Source of the DNA: Vicinamibacteria bacterium
GTDB lineage: Bacteria > Acidobacteriota > Vicinamibacteria > Marinacidobacterales > Marinacidobacteraceae
DNA length: 64,000 nucleotides
Direction of reading: 5' to 3'
Assembly (NCBI GenBank): GCA_963422395.1
Contig: OY729431.1
Location: 2,432,001-2,496,000 of the forward strand
The position numbers and the translations under genes are program-made. Within the stretch, counting starts at the first letter, position 1; each line of letters starts with the position of its first letter. Positions 33,534 through 43,785 of the stretch are shown in pieces. The notes below the pieces were generated by a model that saw nothing but the letters and a program-made list of their open reading frames with translations, searched no databases and was not told where the DNA came from.

Positions 33534-36383
33534 TCAGGAAGCGCGCCGCGCCGCCGGCGCCGGTTCCAGGATGCCGCGCAGGTAGCGCCCGGTCCAGGAA
33601 CGGGGATTTTCGGCGACCGCCTCCGGTGGACCCGCCGCCACCAGCTCGCCGCCGGCCTCGCCGCCCTCGGGACCGAGGTCCACCAGGTAGTCGGCGGTCT
33701 TGATCACATCCAGGTTGTGCTCGATCACCACTACGGTGTTTCCGGCTTCGACGAGCCGGTCGAGTACCCGCAGCAGCCGGGCGATGTCGTCGAAGTGGAG
33801 GCCGGTGGTCGGCTCGTCGAGGATATAGAGCGTATCGCCGCCGCCGCGCTTCGCCAGCTCGCGGGACAGTTTCACCCGCTGGGCTTCGCCGCCCGAAAGC
33901 GTCGGGGAAGGCTGGCCGAGCCGGAGGTAGCCGAGCCCCACATCCTCGAGGGTGCGCAGGATGTGCAGGATCGCTGGTTGCGATCCGAACACCGGGATGG
34001 CTTCGCTCACCGTGAGGTCGAGGACCTCGGCGATGGAACGGCCCTGGTACCGCACGGTGAGGGTCTGATCGTTGAACCGCCGCCCCTTGCAGACCTGGCA
34101 GGACACGAACACATCGGCGAGAAAGTGCATCTCGACCCGGATCACGCCGTCCCCGCGGCAGTGCTCACAGCGCCCGCCGGCCACATTGAAGGAAAATCGG
34201 CCCGGCCGGTACCCTTGGGCGCGCGCCGCCGGCAGAGCGGCGAAGAGGGTGCGGATGCCGTCGAAGACCTTGGTGTATGTCGCCGGATTGGAGCGGGGAG
34301 TGCGCCCGATGGGGGACTGGTCGATGTCCACCACCCGCCCGACCCGCGAGATCCCCTCGATCCGGGTATGGGCGCCGACCGGCCGTTCGGCCTGGTGCAG
34401 GGCGCGGGCGAGCGCGCGGTAGAGCACCTCGTAGACGAGAGTGCTCTTGCCGGCGCCCGATACCCCGGTGACTCCGACGAAAGACCCGAGCGGAATCTGC
34501 ACACTCACATTCTTCAGGTTGTTCGCGCGGGCGCCGACGATGCGGATCACCGCCGGCGCCGGTCTCCGCTGCTTCGGAATCGGGATCTCGAGATCCCCCC
34601 GCAGATAACGGCCGGTCAGCGAACGCGCCTGCTCCCGGATCGCCGCCGGCGGTCCGGAGGCCACCAGCTCGCCCCCGTACACCCCGGCTCCGGGGCCGAA
34701 GTCGAGCACATGGTCGGCGGATTCGATGGTCTCCCGGTCGTGCTCGACGACGACCACGGTGTTCCCGAGGTCCCGGAGCCGGTGCAGTGCTTCGAGCAGC
34801 TTCCCGTTGTCGCGGGCGTGGAGTCCGATGGAGGGCTCGTCGAGGATGTAGATCACTCCGGTGAGCTCGGACCCGATCTGGCTGGCGAGCCGGATGCGCT
34901 GGGATTCCCCGCCGGAGAGGCTCGGCGCCAGCCGGTCGAGCGACAGGTAGGCGAGGCCCACATCGGTGAGGAAGCGCAGCCGGCCGGCGATCTCCTTGAG
35001 GATCTCCGCGCCGATGACCCGTGCGGTTCCCTCGAGTTCGAGGTTCCGGGCGAATTCCAGCGCGTCCCCGATGGACATGCCGGAGATGTCCGCCATCGTC
35101 CGGCCGCCGACCTCGACCGCCAGCGCCTCGGGCCGCAGCCGGCGGCCGCCGCACGCCCGACAGGCCCGGCTCGAGAAGAAGCGGGAGTAGTAGCGGCGCG
35201 CCCGGTCGGAGGTGGTCTCCCGCATCCGGCGGGTCAGGACATTCGAGACTCCCTCCCATCGCACTCGGTGCACGGTTTCCTGGTAGCGCACCGCGACCCG
35301 CTCCTCGCCGGCACCCCGGAGCAGGATCTCCCGTTTCGCCGACGCGAGCCGGGACCAGGCGCGGTCGAGATCCACCTCGTACCGCTTTGCGACCCCGCGC
35401 ACGATCAGCGACTCCCAGCCTTCCTTTTCGGCGAAGCGGCCCCAGGGCGCCACCGCTCCCTCATTCACACTCAGCGACGGATCGGGGACCAGAAGTTCCT
35501 CGTCCACCTCGCTGCTCGCGCCGAGCCCGTTGCAGTCCCGGCACATCCCCTGCGGGCTGTTGAAGGAGAAGAGCTGCGGGGTGAGTTCCGGAAACCCCAC
35601 GCCGCAGTTCGGGCAGCCGTTCTTCTCGGAGAAGATGCGGTCGTCGGCTTCGCCCTCGACGGCGGCCATCAGCACCCCGTCGCCCTCTCGAAGCGCGGTT
35701 TCCACCGAATCGGTCACCCGGCTGCGCCATTCGTCGGTGGGCGGTCCCTTGCGGGCCAGCCGGTCCACCACGATCTCGACATCGTGCTTGCGGCGCTTGT
35801 CGAGTGCCGGAACCTCCTCGACGAGCTGGATCTCCCCATCGATCCGGGCCCGCGAGAAACCCCGGCGCAGGATCGTCTCGAGCGCGCCGCGGAACTCGCC
35901 GCGGCGGTTCGCCAGTACCGGTGCGAGGATCAGGAAGCGAGCGCCGACGGGAAGGGCGGCGAGCTCCTCGACGATCTCCTGCGCACTCCGGGGGCTGACC
36001 GCGCGACCGCACCGGGGGCAATGCGCCGCCCCGATCCGGGCGAAGAGCACCCGGAGGTAGTCCGAAATCTCGGTGATCGTTCCGACGGTGGAACGCGGGT
36101 TGTGGCTCGCCGACTTCTGGTCCACCGAGATCGTGGGCGACAGGCCCTGGATCGTGTCGTAGAGCGGCTTGTCCATCTGCCCCAGGAATTGGCGGGCATA
36201 ACTGGACAGCGACTCCACATAACGCCGCTGGCCTTCGGCGTAGAGGGTGTCGAGCGCCAGCGAGGACTTACCCGACCCCGAAACCCCGCTCAGGACGACG
36301 AGGCGCTTTTTCGGGATGCGAACGGTGATGTTCTTGAGGTTGTGCTGCCGGGCGCCCCGCACCACGATGCTGTCGGGCTCCAT
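33534..36383 (-). CDS. uvrA: Excinuclease ABC subunit A
   Basis: GARQHNLKN, GVSGSGKSS, LSGGESQRIRLA, GVSGAGKS and LSGGEAQRVKL; zinc fingers present. Confidence 0.97.
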   Translation of the reverse strand: MEPDSIVVRGARQHNLKNITVRIPKKRLVVLSGVSGSGKSSLALDTLYAEGQRRYVESLSSYARQFLGQMDKPLYDTIQGLSPTISVDQKSASHNPRSTVGTITEISDYLRVLFARIGAAHCPRCGRAVSPRSAQEIVEELAALPVGARFLILAPVLANRRGEFRGALETILRRGFSRARIDGEIQLVEEVPALDKRRKHDVEIVVDRLARKGPPTDEWRSRVTDSVETALREGDGVLMAAVEGEADDRIFSEKNGCPNCGVGFPELTPQLFSFNSPQGMCRDCNGLGASSEVDEELLVPDPSLSVNEGAVAPWGRFAEKEGWESLIVRGVAKRYEVDLDRAWSRLASAKREILLRGAGEERVAVRYQETVHRVRWEGVSNVLTRRMRETTSDRARRYYSRFFSSRACRACGGRRLRPEALAVEVGGRTMADISGMSIGDALEFARNLELEGTARVIGAEILKEIAGRLRFLTDVGLAYLSLDRLAPSLSGGESQRIRLASQIGSELTGVIYILDEPSIGLHARDNGKLLEALHRLRDLGNTVVVVEHDRETIESADHVLDFGPGAGVYGGELVASGPPAAIREQARSLTGRYLRGDLEIPIPKQRRPAPAVIRIVGARANNLKNVSVQIPLGSFVGVTGVSGAGKSTLVYEVLYRALARALHQAERPVGAHTRIEGISRVGRVVDIDQSPIGRTPRSNPATYTKVFDGIRTLFAALPAARAQGYRPGRFSFNVAGGRCEHCRGDGVIRVEMHFLADVFVSCQVCKGRRFNDQTLTVRYQGRSIAEVLDLTVSEAIPVFGSQPAILHILRTLEDVGLGYLRLGQPSPTLSGGEAQRVKLSRELAKRGGGDTLYILDEPTTGLHFDDIARLLRVLDRLVEAGNTVVVIEHNLDVIKTADYLVDLGPEGGEAGGELVAAGPPEAVAENPRSWTGRYLRGILEPAPAARRAS

Positions 36384-36557
36384 CGGGTGGCCTGGAGTCT
36401 AAACAGGAATCCCGGTCCCGGAAGCCTCCGCTCCCAGCAGTCTGTGGATGAAGTGGCGCGAGCCGCGCCGGAAAGGCCTCCCCCCTCCCGGCCGGGAAAC
36501 GGGCCGCGGAAGGGGTAAACGCCCATACACTCTTCCCGGAGCAGGCGCTTCCCGACC

Positions 36558-37490
36558 ATGAACGAACCCTCCCCCCTCGGCTACGACCAGCCCCTCTTCA
36601 TCCAGCCCTTCGACCACCGGGGCAGCTTCACGAAGTCGTTCTTCGGCATCGAAGGCGCCCCCGAGATCAGCCCCGCGGGAGACGGTTTCGCTCCGGTGGC
36701 AGCCGCGAAGAGCCTGATCTACCGCGGCCTGCTCGAGGCCATCGAGGGAGGCGTCCCGAAAGAGCAGGTGGGGATCTTGGTGGACGCCCAGTTCGGAAGC
36801 CAGGTCCTCACCGACGCCGCCCGGCGCGGCATCCCGCGGGCGGTCTGCATCGAGAAGAGCGGGCAGGCGGTGTTCGATTTCGAATACGGCGCGGGCTGGG
36901 TCAACCACCTCCGCTTCCACGCCCCCGACATCGTGAAGGTGCTCGTCCGCCTCCACCCCGACGACCCCGCGGAAGGAACTGCCGAACAGCTCACCCGGCT
37001 CAAGCTCGTCTCCGACTATCTCCACGGCCCGGAGCGGCGGCTCTTCATGTTCGAGCTGCTGGTCCCGGCCGCCACCGCCGAAGATCGGGAGGCGGGCGCC
37101 GCCTACGACCGGGAGCTGCGCCCCGGGCACATGGTGCGCGCCATCCACCGAATCCAGGACTTCGGCATCGAACCCGACATCTGGAAGATCGAGGGAGTGG
37201 ACTCCCGCGAGGACGCCGCTCGGATCGCGGCGGCCGTCCGCCGCGGTTCCGGCCGTGAACGGGTCGGCTCCATCGTGCTGGGCCGCGGATCCGATGCGGC
37301 GCAGGTCCACGAATGGCTCCGGATCGCCGCTCCGGTGGACGGCTTCATCGGTTTCGCAGTGGGACGCACGAATTTCTCGCGGCCGCTCGCCGACCGCCTC
37401 TCCGGCAAGACCTCCGAGGCCGAGGCCGTCACCCGCATCGCCGCGAACTACCGCTCCTGCGTGGACGCCTGGCGCACCGCCCGCCCCTGA
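36558..37490 (+). CDS. DUF2090 (IolC C-terminal-like) class I aldolase-fold protein
   Basis: PFDHRGSF, EKSGQ, FMFELLVP, EPDIWKIEG, VLGRG and GFAVGRT. Confidence 0.82.
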   Translation: MNEPSPLGYDQPLFIQPFDHRGSFTKSFFGIEGAPEISPAGDGFAPVAAAKSLIYRGLLEAIEGGVPKEQVGILVDAQFGSQVLTDAARRGIPRAVCIEKSGQAVFDFEYGAGWVNHLRFHAPDIVKVLVRLHPDDPAEGTAEQLTRLKLVSDYLHGPERRLFMFELLVPAATAEDREAGAAYDRELRPGHMVRAIHRIQDFGIEPDIWKIEGVDSREDAARIAAAVRRGSGRERVGSIVLGRGSDAAQVHEWLRIAAPVDGFIGFAVGRTNFSRPLADRLSGKTSEAEAVTRIAANYRSCVDAWRTARP

Positions 37491-37504
37491 TCGGTCCGGT
37501 CGGG

Positions 37505-37555
37505 CCGACCCATCGGTCGGACTGACCCACCGGTCGGATCAGCCCATCGGACTGG
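37505..37555 (+). repeat. Degenerate ~17-nt tandem repeat (about 3 copies)
   Basis: ccgacccatcggtcgga / ctgacccaccggtcgga / tcagcccatcggactgg. Confidence 0.5.
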
Positions 37556-37605
37556 CCGGAGCTGGCGGCCTCTCCAGAGGCGGAGGAGTCAGGCGGTGGG
37601 GATCT

Positions 37606-37806
37606 CTATTCGCCGACGGGCCAGTGCTCGACGCGGACTTCCTCCATGGGGAAGTCCTTCGGGTTCCCCGTCACCGAAACGGCGAATGCCGAGTGCGCAA
37701 CCGCCGTTTTCACCGCGTTCCGGACGAACTCGCTGCGCATTCGCGGCCCGGCGATCTCATCCACCTGGGCGATCAGCGCACCCTGGATATGGATGTGTAA
37801 ACGCAT
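37606..37806 (-). pseudogene. Collapsed VapBC-like toxin-antitoxin remnant
   Basis: MRLHIHIQGALIAQVDEIAGPRMRSEFVRNAV (ribbon-helix-helix-like) joined to TGNPKDFPMEEVRVEHW (PIN-domain C-terminus-like). Confidence 0.5.
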
Positions 37807-37877
37807 GTGTACGACATAGCCCACCTCCGACCGAGGACGGGTTTCCCATCTCCTCCCCCTCGCGGAATCCCGTGCCC

Positions 37878-39350
37878 TCAGGCCGGCTCGCGGAGTCCGG
37901 CCTTCCGCAGCAGCGCTGCCACCCGGTCCACGGTCTCGTCGAGGCTCAACTCGCTCGTATCGAGACGATGCGCGTCTTCGGCGCGGCGGAGCGGAGCGAT
38001 CTCGCGACCGGCGTCGGTGCGGTCGCGGCCTTCGAGGTCGGACTGCACCGCTCGCCGGTCGGGATCTCCCTCGTCGGCAGAACGGCGGCTCGCGCGGACC
38101 TCGGGGCGGGCTTCCAGGAAGACCTTGACCGCCGCCTCGGGGAAGACCACGGTGCCGATGTCCCGACCCTCGACCACACCGCCCGCCACGGCGGCCTGGC
38201 GCCAGCGCGCGACGAGGACTTCGCGCAGCTCCGGATGGACGGCGATGCGCGACGCGCCGCGGGAGGCCGCTTTCGCCCGCACCTCCCGGGAGACATCCTC
38301 ACCGTCGAGGAAGACCCGGCCCTCGGGGTCGAGGATCACCCGCCAGGCGAAGGCGCGGAGGCCCGGGCCGTCGTCCAGGCTCGCGCCGGCGCGCATGGCG
38401 GCGAGAGCGACCGCCCGGACCGAAGCGCCGGTGTTGAACCAGCCCAGGCCGAACCGCTCCGCCACCGCGCGGGCGACCGAGCTCTTCCCCGCACCAGCCG
38501 ACCCGTCGAGCGCCACGACGAGGGCATCGGAAACGGGTGCGGAAAGAGGCGCCGGACGAGCGGCGGGCGCCGGCACGCCCGCTTCGTCCCGCTCTCCCGA
38601 GGACCGGCGGATCACCGCGCGCAGCTCTGCCACTTCCTCCGCCCGGAGCTTCCGCCAGCGCCCGGGCGCCAGCCCGGTATCGGCGAGGTTCCCGATTTGG
38701 GTGCGGTGCAGCTCCAGCACCGGGTGTCCGAGAACGCTCAGCACCCGACGGATCTCGCGGTTGCGCCCACCCCGCAGCGTCACCCGCAACCGGGAGCGGC
38801 GCTTCGCGGCCGCGCGGTGGGGGAAGCCGGCGATCCATTCCACCTGGTCCAGCCGGAGTGACTCGCCATCCACCCGGAGACCCCGCTGCGCCCGATCCAG
38901 AACCGCCGGCTCCGGAAGCCCCCGGACGGTCGCCAGGTAGGTCTTGGGCACCCGGTAGCGGGGGTGGGCGACACGTTCGGCGAGCTGGCCGTCGTCGGTC
39001 ATCAGCAAAAGCCCCGAACTCTGCCCGTCGAGCCGCCCCACGGGAACGAGCGAACGGAACGAGAGCGGCAGCAGCTCCATGACCGTCGGACGGCGGGCGG
39101 GGTCCGAGCGGGTGGTGAGATACCCGATCGGCTTGTTCAGGACGAGGTAGCGGCGGGCGCGGCCGAGCGCGCGGAGCCTCGCCCCGTCCACCCGGATCTC
39201 GCTGGCCTCCGGATCGGCGCGCACTCCCGGAACCCGGATCACCTGTCCATCCACGGTAACGCGGCCCTCGGCGATCATCCGCTCCGCGGCGCGGCGCGAA
39301 GCGATCCCGGCGGCGGCGATCAGCTTCTGGAGGCGTTCTGCCGCCATCAT
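37878..39350 (-). CDS. cmk: Fusion of RluB-like rRNA pseudouridine synthase and cytidylate kinase
   Basis: ERLQKLIAAAGIASRR (S4), LNKP, VGRLD and GRNREIRR, then a linker, then ALDGSAGAGKSS, VEGRDIGTVVFP and RDRTD. Confidence 0.88.
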   Translation of the reverse strand: MMAAERLQKLIAAAGIASRRAAERMIAEGRVTVDGQVIRVPGVRADPEASEIRVDGARLRALGRARRYLVLNKPIGYLTTRSDPARRPTVMELLPLSFRSLVPVGRLDGQSSGLLLMTDDGQLAERVAHPRYRVPKTYLATVRGLPEPAVLDRAQRGLRVDGESLRLDQVEWIAGFPHRAAAKRRSRLRVTLRGGRNREIRRVLSVLGHPVLELHRTQIGNLADTGLAPGRWRKLRAEEVAELRAVIRRSSGERDEAGVPAPAARPAPLSAPVSDALVVALDGSAGAGKSSVARAVAERFGLGWFNTGASVRAVALAAMRAGASLDDGPGLRAFAWRVILDPEGRVFLDGEDVSREVRAKAASRGASRIAVHPELREVLVARWRQAAVAGGVVEGRDIGTVVFPEAAVKVFLEARPEVRASRRSADEGDPDRRAVQSDLEGRDRTDAGREIAPLRRAEDAHRLDTSELSLDETVDRVAALLRKAGLREPA

Positions 39351-39928
39351 CCGGACCCGACGGCCGGGTCCTGGAGCTCCCCGAGCTCGGGGAGGTCTTC
39401 GAGGCGGTCGAGTCCGAACCGCTCCAGGAATTCCTGCGTGGTGCCGTAGAGGAGCGGCCGCCCCACCACCTTCTTGCGGCCCCGGGAGCGGACCAGCCGA
39501 AGCCGCAAGAGGGTTCCGACGACGCTCGCCGAGTTCGCCCCGCGCAGCGCGCTCAGCTCGGGCACGGTGATCGGCTGGCGATAGGCGATGACCGAGAGCG
39601 CCTCGAGGGCGGGCTCCGAGAGCCGCTCTTCCCGCTTCGGAGCGAGCAGGCGCTCGATGGCGTCCCGCCAGTCCTCGCCGGTCGTCAGCTGGAAGCCGCC
39701 GGCGACACGCGCCAGACAGAGCCCGGAGCCAGCCGTCGCGCAGCGCGCCTCGAGGGCGGCGAGCGCCGCCCGAACCGCCGCCGGGTCGGCGTCGAGGGCG
39801 CGGGCCAGCGATCCCGCGGCGACCGGCGCACCGTGGGAGAAGAGCAGCGCCTCCACGCCCGCCGCCAGAAGCTCGACTGCATCCGGCGACAGACCGGCGG
39901 CGGCGGGTTCGCAGGAGGCGTCCGGCAT
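39347..39928 (-). CDS. scpB: SMC-Scp complex subunit ScpB
   Basis: VEALLF, LEALSVIAYRQPIT and GRPLLYGTTQEFLERFGL. Confidence 0.93.
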   Translation of the reverse strand: MPDASCEPAAAGLSPDAVELLAAGVEALLFSHGAPVAAGSLARALDADPAAVRAALAALEARCATAGSGLCLARVAGGFQLTTGEDWRDAIERLLAPKREERLSEPALEALSVIAYRQPITVPELSALRGANSASVVGTLLRLRLVRSRGRKKVVGRPLLYGTTQEFLERFGLDRLEDLPELGELQDPAVGSG

Positions 39929-39941
39929 CCTTTCCGTTCCG

Positions 39942-40793
39942 TCAGCCGGAAGCGGGCCCGGAGGCCGGCCGCGATCCGGGCTCGATCCCCTCGATCCGGA
40001 GGGGACCGAAATCCTGCTCCTGCACGACCGAGACCCGGCAGCGGCGGACCAGTTCCAGCACCGCGAGGAACGCCGCCACCAGCGTGGAGCGATCCACCTG
40101 CCCTTCCACGACTTCGAACAGCAGCTCCTCGAAGTCGCGGGCTGCTCCGGTCGGGACGGCCTCCTCGATCCGTCCGATCATCACCCCGAGGGAAATCCGG
40201 GACCTCGGCAACGGCGGCGGCGGACGGGAACGGGCGCGCACCACTACCCGGCGAAACGCCTCGACCACCGCGAAGAGGTCCACTGGAATGGACTCTCCTT
40301 CGGGAGCTGCTCCGGCCCCGTTCCCTTCCCCCCGCGCATCCGGGAGCGACGGCCCTCGGACCCAGACCGAGCTGCGGGCCTCCAGGCTCCGGCGCAGCCG
40401 GTGCGCCGCGTCCCGGTAACGGGCATAGTCCCGGAGCCGCGCCTCGAGCTCCGCCTGGGGATCCTCGCCGGGGGAGCCGGGGGGCGCCGGGCTCGGCAAC
40501 AGCCGCCGCGCCTTGATGCGAAGCAGCGCGGTGGCCAGCTTGAGGAACTCGGAACCCACCCGCAAGTCCAGCATCTCGATCAGTTCGAGGGCCTCGAGGT
40601 ATTGCCGGGTGATGGAACCGATCTCGATCTGCAGCGGGTCCGCCCGGCCGTCCCGCACCATCCGCAGCAGCAGTTCGAGGGGGCCGTCGAACCCCGGCTC
40701 GCCGCCGGGGCCGGGTCCGCCGTCCCAGCGGATGCGGTAGGCCGCCCCCTCCCCCGAGTCCGAGGCTTCCTGCCGGTAGAGGACCGCCGTCAT
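39942..40793 (-). CDS. scpA: Segregation/condensation protein ScpA
   Basis: FDGPLELLL, ITRQYL, LLRIKARRLLP and FLAVLELV...QEQDFG. Confidence 0.9.
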   Translation of the reverse strand: MTAVLYRQEASDSGEGAAYRIRWDGGPGPGGEPGFDGPLELLLRMVRDGRADPLQIEIGSITRQYLEALELIEMLDLRVGSEFLKLATALLRIKARRLLPSPAPPGSPGEDPQAELEARLRDYARYRDAAHRLRRSLEARSSVWVRGPSLPDARGEGNGAGAAPEGESIPVDLFAVVEAFRRVVVRARSRPPPPLPRSRISLGVMIGRIEEAVPTGAARDFEELLFEVVEGQVDRSTLVAAFLAVLELVRRCRVSVVQEQDFGPLRIEGIEPGSRPASGPASG

Positions 40794-41809
40794 CGGCTCG
40801 GGAGGCGCACCGCTGCGCGCACCCGTTCCATGGTGGCCCCGGCCGCCTCCGCCGCCTCCCGCCGTCCGGCAGCCAGCACATCACGCACCTCGTCCGGCCG
40901 TTTCTCATAGCCGCGCCGACGTTCGGCGATCGGGGCGACGGCGGCGGCCAGGTGGTCGGCGAGGGCGCTCTTGCACTGGATACAGCCGATCCCGGCGCTC
41001 CGGCAACCGGCTGCCGCCCAGTCCTGGGTGTCCTGGTCCGAGAAGATCCGATGGAGGTCGAAGACAGGGCACTTCGCCGGGTCGCCAGGGTCCCGAAGCC
41101 GCTTCCGCGCCGGATCGGTCTGCATCGTCTTCAGCCGCGACCGGACCGTGGACTCGTCCTCGGCGATCCCGATCACATTGCCGTAGCTCTTCGACATCTT
41201 GCGGCCGTCGGTTCCCGGCAGCCGCGGCGACGGGGTGAGCCGGACCTCCGGCTCGGTGAGCACCTGACCGAATACGGCGTTGAAACGCCGGGCGATCTCG
41301 CGGGTCAGCTCGACATGCGGCTGCTGGTCTTCTCCGACCGGGACCACCGCGGCGTCGTAGATGAGGATGTCCGCCGCCTGCAGTACCGGATAGCCGAGAA
41401 AGCCGTAGGTGTGGAGATCCCGCTCGCTCAACTCCCGGAGGATCTCCTTGTAGGTCGGGACCCGCTCCAGCCAGCCGAGCGGCACCACCATCGAGAGCAG
41501 AAGGTGCAATTCGGCGTGCTCGGGCACCTGCGACTGGACGAACAGGGTGGATCGCGCCGGGTCGAGCCCCACCGCCAGCCAGTCGGTGGCGATGTCGAGA
41601 GTATGGGCGGCCAGCTCGCTGGTGTCGCGGTAGTCGGTGGTGAGCGCGTGCCAGTCCACGATGCAGTAGTAGGCGTCGAACTCGTCCTGCATCGCCACCC
41701 AGTTGCGGTACGCGCCGACCAGGTGCCCGAGGTGCGAGGAACCGGTGGGCCGCATTCCGGAAAGGAGGCGGGGCCGGACGCGGCGCTGGTTCGTAGGGGG
41801 TTTCGTCAT
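40790..41809 (-). CDS. trpS: Tryptophan--tRNA ligase
   Basis: SGMRPTG, HLGH, YPVLQAADIL, VPVGEDQ and KMSKS. Confidence 0.97.
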   Translation of the reverse strand: MTKPPTNQRRVRPRLLSGMRPTGSSHLGHLVGAYRNWVAMQDEFDAYYCIVDWHALTTDYRDTSELAAHTLDIATDWLAVGLDPARSTLFVQSQVPEHAELHLLLSMVVPLGWLERVPTYKEILRELSERDLHTYGFLGYPVLQAADILIYDAAVVPVGEDQQPHVELTREIARRFNAVFGQVLTEPEVRLTPSPRLPGTDGRKMSKSYGNVIGIAEDESTVRSRLKTMQTDPARKRLRDPGDPAKCPVFDLHRIFSDQDTQDWAAAGCRSAGIGCIQCKSALADHLAAAVAPIAERRRGYEKRPDEVRDVLAAGRREAAEAAGATMERVRAAVRLPSR

Positions 41810-41824
41810 GGAGCGGCTGCGATT

Positions 41825-43654
41825 CTACGGACCGCGAACCGCAGGGTCGGTCCGGAGGCGGGCGTGGAGACGAGCAGCGAGCGCGGGGCCCACCGCGGCG
41901 GCGAGGTCGGATTCCGAGGCCTCGGCCACCTGGCGGAGGCTACCGAAGCGGGTGAGGAGTGCCTGTCTTCGGCGCGGACCGATCCCGGGCACCGCGTCGA
42001 GGGCGGAACGGAGCGTCTCCGTCCGGCGGCGTTTTCGGTGGAAGGTGACCGCGAAACGATGGGCTTCGTCGCGAGCCCGCGCCAGCAGCTGCAACGCCGG
42101 AGAGTTCCGGGGAAGGCGCAGCGGTTCCGGTGCGCCGGGCAGGAAGATCTCCTCCTCGCGCTTCGCGAGCCCCGCGTGCGGAATGTGGCTCAGACCGAGG
42201 TCTCTGAGCGCCGCTGCCGCCGAGCCGAGCTGCCCCCGCCCGCCATCCACGAGGATGAGGTCGGGGAGCTCCTGTCCCTCGGTCAGAACCCGGCGGTAGC
42301 GGCGGAGCACCACCTCGCGCAGGGAGGCGTAGTCGTCCGGCTTCCCCGCAAGGCCTCGGATGCGGAATTTCCGGTAGGCCGAGGGCAGCGGCTCGCCGCG
42401 CTCGAAGACGACCATCGAGGCGACGACCTGCCCCCCGCCGAGGTTCGAGATGTCGAACGCCTCGATCCGGCGGGGTTCCACCGCGAGCCCGAGCGCCTCC
42501 CGGAGCGCCCGGACGCGAGCCGCCGCCTTCCGCCCGGCCTCCCGGAAGTCCAGATCGAAGGCCAGGCGGGCGTTCCGGTTCACCATGTCCACCATCCGCC
42601 GGCGGGCTCCCTTCGCCGGCACCTGGATCTCGACCCGTCCGCCGCGCTTGTCGCCGAGCCAGTCCGCCACCAGCGCGCGCTCGGGAAAATCGAGTGGGGT
42701 TTCGATCCGTGGCGGGGGCCTCCGGCCGAGTTCGTAGAACTGCTTCATCGCCGCCTGGATCAGGCCCGCATCGTCGGTCGGCGGCAGGCCGGAGAAGGAG
42801 AACGCATCGCGGTCCACGACCTTGCCGCTCCGGATCAGGAACACCTGGAGCTGGGCGCGGTCGCCTTCCCGGTAGAGACCGAAGACATCGCGCGCCCTGC
42901 CGTCCGTCACTGCCACCTTCTGGCGGTCGTTCAGCTCGGCGAGCAGCCGGAGGCTGTCTCTGAGCCGCGCCGCCTCCTCGAACCTCTCCGCTTCGGCCTG
43001 CTCCTTCATCCGCCGGGTGAGCGAGCCGGTGAGCTCCTTCGCCCGACCCAGCAGGAAGAGCCGTGCCGCTTCGGAGGCATTGCGGTACTCCTCGACGGAA
43101 CAGACCGAATCCACGCAGGGAGCGACGCAGCGGCGGATCTGGTGCTGGAGGCAAGGACGGGCGCGTTTGCCGTCGAGCTGCTCGCGGCAATTACGGATCC
43201 CGAACAGCCGGTGCACCAGGCTCATGCTTCGGCGGGCGAGGCTGGCCGGAAAGTACGGCCCGGCGTACACCGCGCCGTCGGCGCCGGCGCCGCGCACGAT
43301 GTGGACCCGCGGGTATCTCTCGTTCATCGTGAGCCGCACCAGCGGCGGGTTCTTGTCGTCCCGCAGCAGGATGTTGTAGCGGGGCCGACGGGTCTTGATG
43401 AGGTTGTTCTCGAGCAGGAGCGCTTCCCTGATGGAGTCGGTGAGCACGACCTCCACATCGGCGATCCGGGACCGGAGGCGGTCCTTGCGCGCGTCGCCCG
43501 GCGGAGTCCGCAGATGGGAGAGCACACGGGCCCGGATCGAGGCCGCCTTGCCCACATAGAGCGTCTTCCCCTCCGCCGAGCGGAAGAGATACACCCCGGC
43601 GCTCTCGGGCAGCCGGGCGACCTTGTTCTCGAGAACCGCGGGAAGACCCGACAT
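41825..43654 (-). CDS. uvrC: Excinuclease ABC subunit C
   Basis: GVYLF...LYVGKA, PRYNILLRDDK, RIEAFDISN, PDLILVDGGRGQ, RDEAHRFA and HhH GIGPRR. Confidence 0.96.
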   Translation of the reverse strand: MSGLPAVLENKVARLPESAGVYLFRSAEGKTLYVGKAASIRARVLSHLRTPPGDARKDRLRSRIADVEVVLTDSIREALLLENNLIKTRRPRYNILLRDDKNPPLVRLTMNERYPRVHIVRGAGADGAVYAGPYFPASLARRSMSLVHRLFGIRNCREQLDGKRARPCLQHQIRRCVAPCVDSVCSVEEYRNASEAARLFLLGRAKELTGSLTRRMKEQAEAERFEEAARLRDSLRLLAELNDRQKVAVTDGRARDVFGLYREGDRAQLQVFLIRSGKVVDRDAFSFSGLPPTDDAGLIQAAMKQFYELGRRPPPRIETPLDFPERALVADWLGDKRGGRVEIQVPAKGARRRMVDMVNRNARLAFDLDFREAGRKAAARVRALREALGLAVEPRRIEAFDISNLGGGQVVASMVVFERGEPLPSAYRKFRIRGLAGKPDDYASLREVVLRRYRRVLTEGQELPDLILVDGGRGQLGSAAAALRDLGLSHIPHAGLAKREEEIFLPGAPEPLRLPRNSPALQLLARARDEAHRFAVTFHRKRRRTETLRSALDAVPGIGPRRRQALLTRFGSLRQVAEASESDLAAAVGPALAARLHARLRTDPAVRGP

Positions 43655-43785
43655 CGTCACGATCCCGCGCCTCCCTGCGAAAGCCGCACCTCCGGACGCC
43701 CCGCCGCCTTCGTCGAACGGAGCTCTCTCCACCGATCGGATCGACCGATCGGATCGTAGGACGCAGATTGTAGAATTCCCGGTCC

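Noticed and set aside
37491-37560. CRISPR array
   Set aside because: Units are ~17 nt, degenerate and lack unique spacers; no cas genes in the window.
33534-43654. uvrA/uvrC as part of the PT defence locus
   Set aside because: Ordinary housekeeping context, opposite strand, and separated from the island by unrelated genes.
43730-43757. Short duplicated ccgatcggatcg motif between uvrC and qor
   Set aside because: Only two copies in a promoter gap; no evidence of function beyond local slippage.
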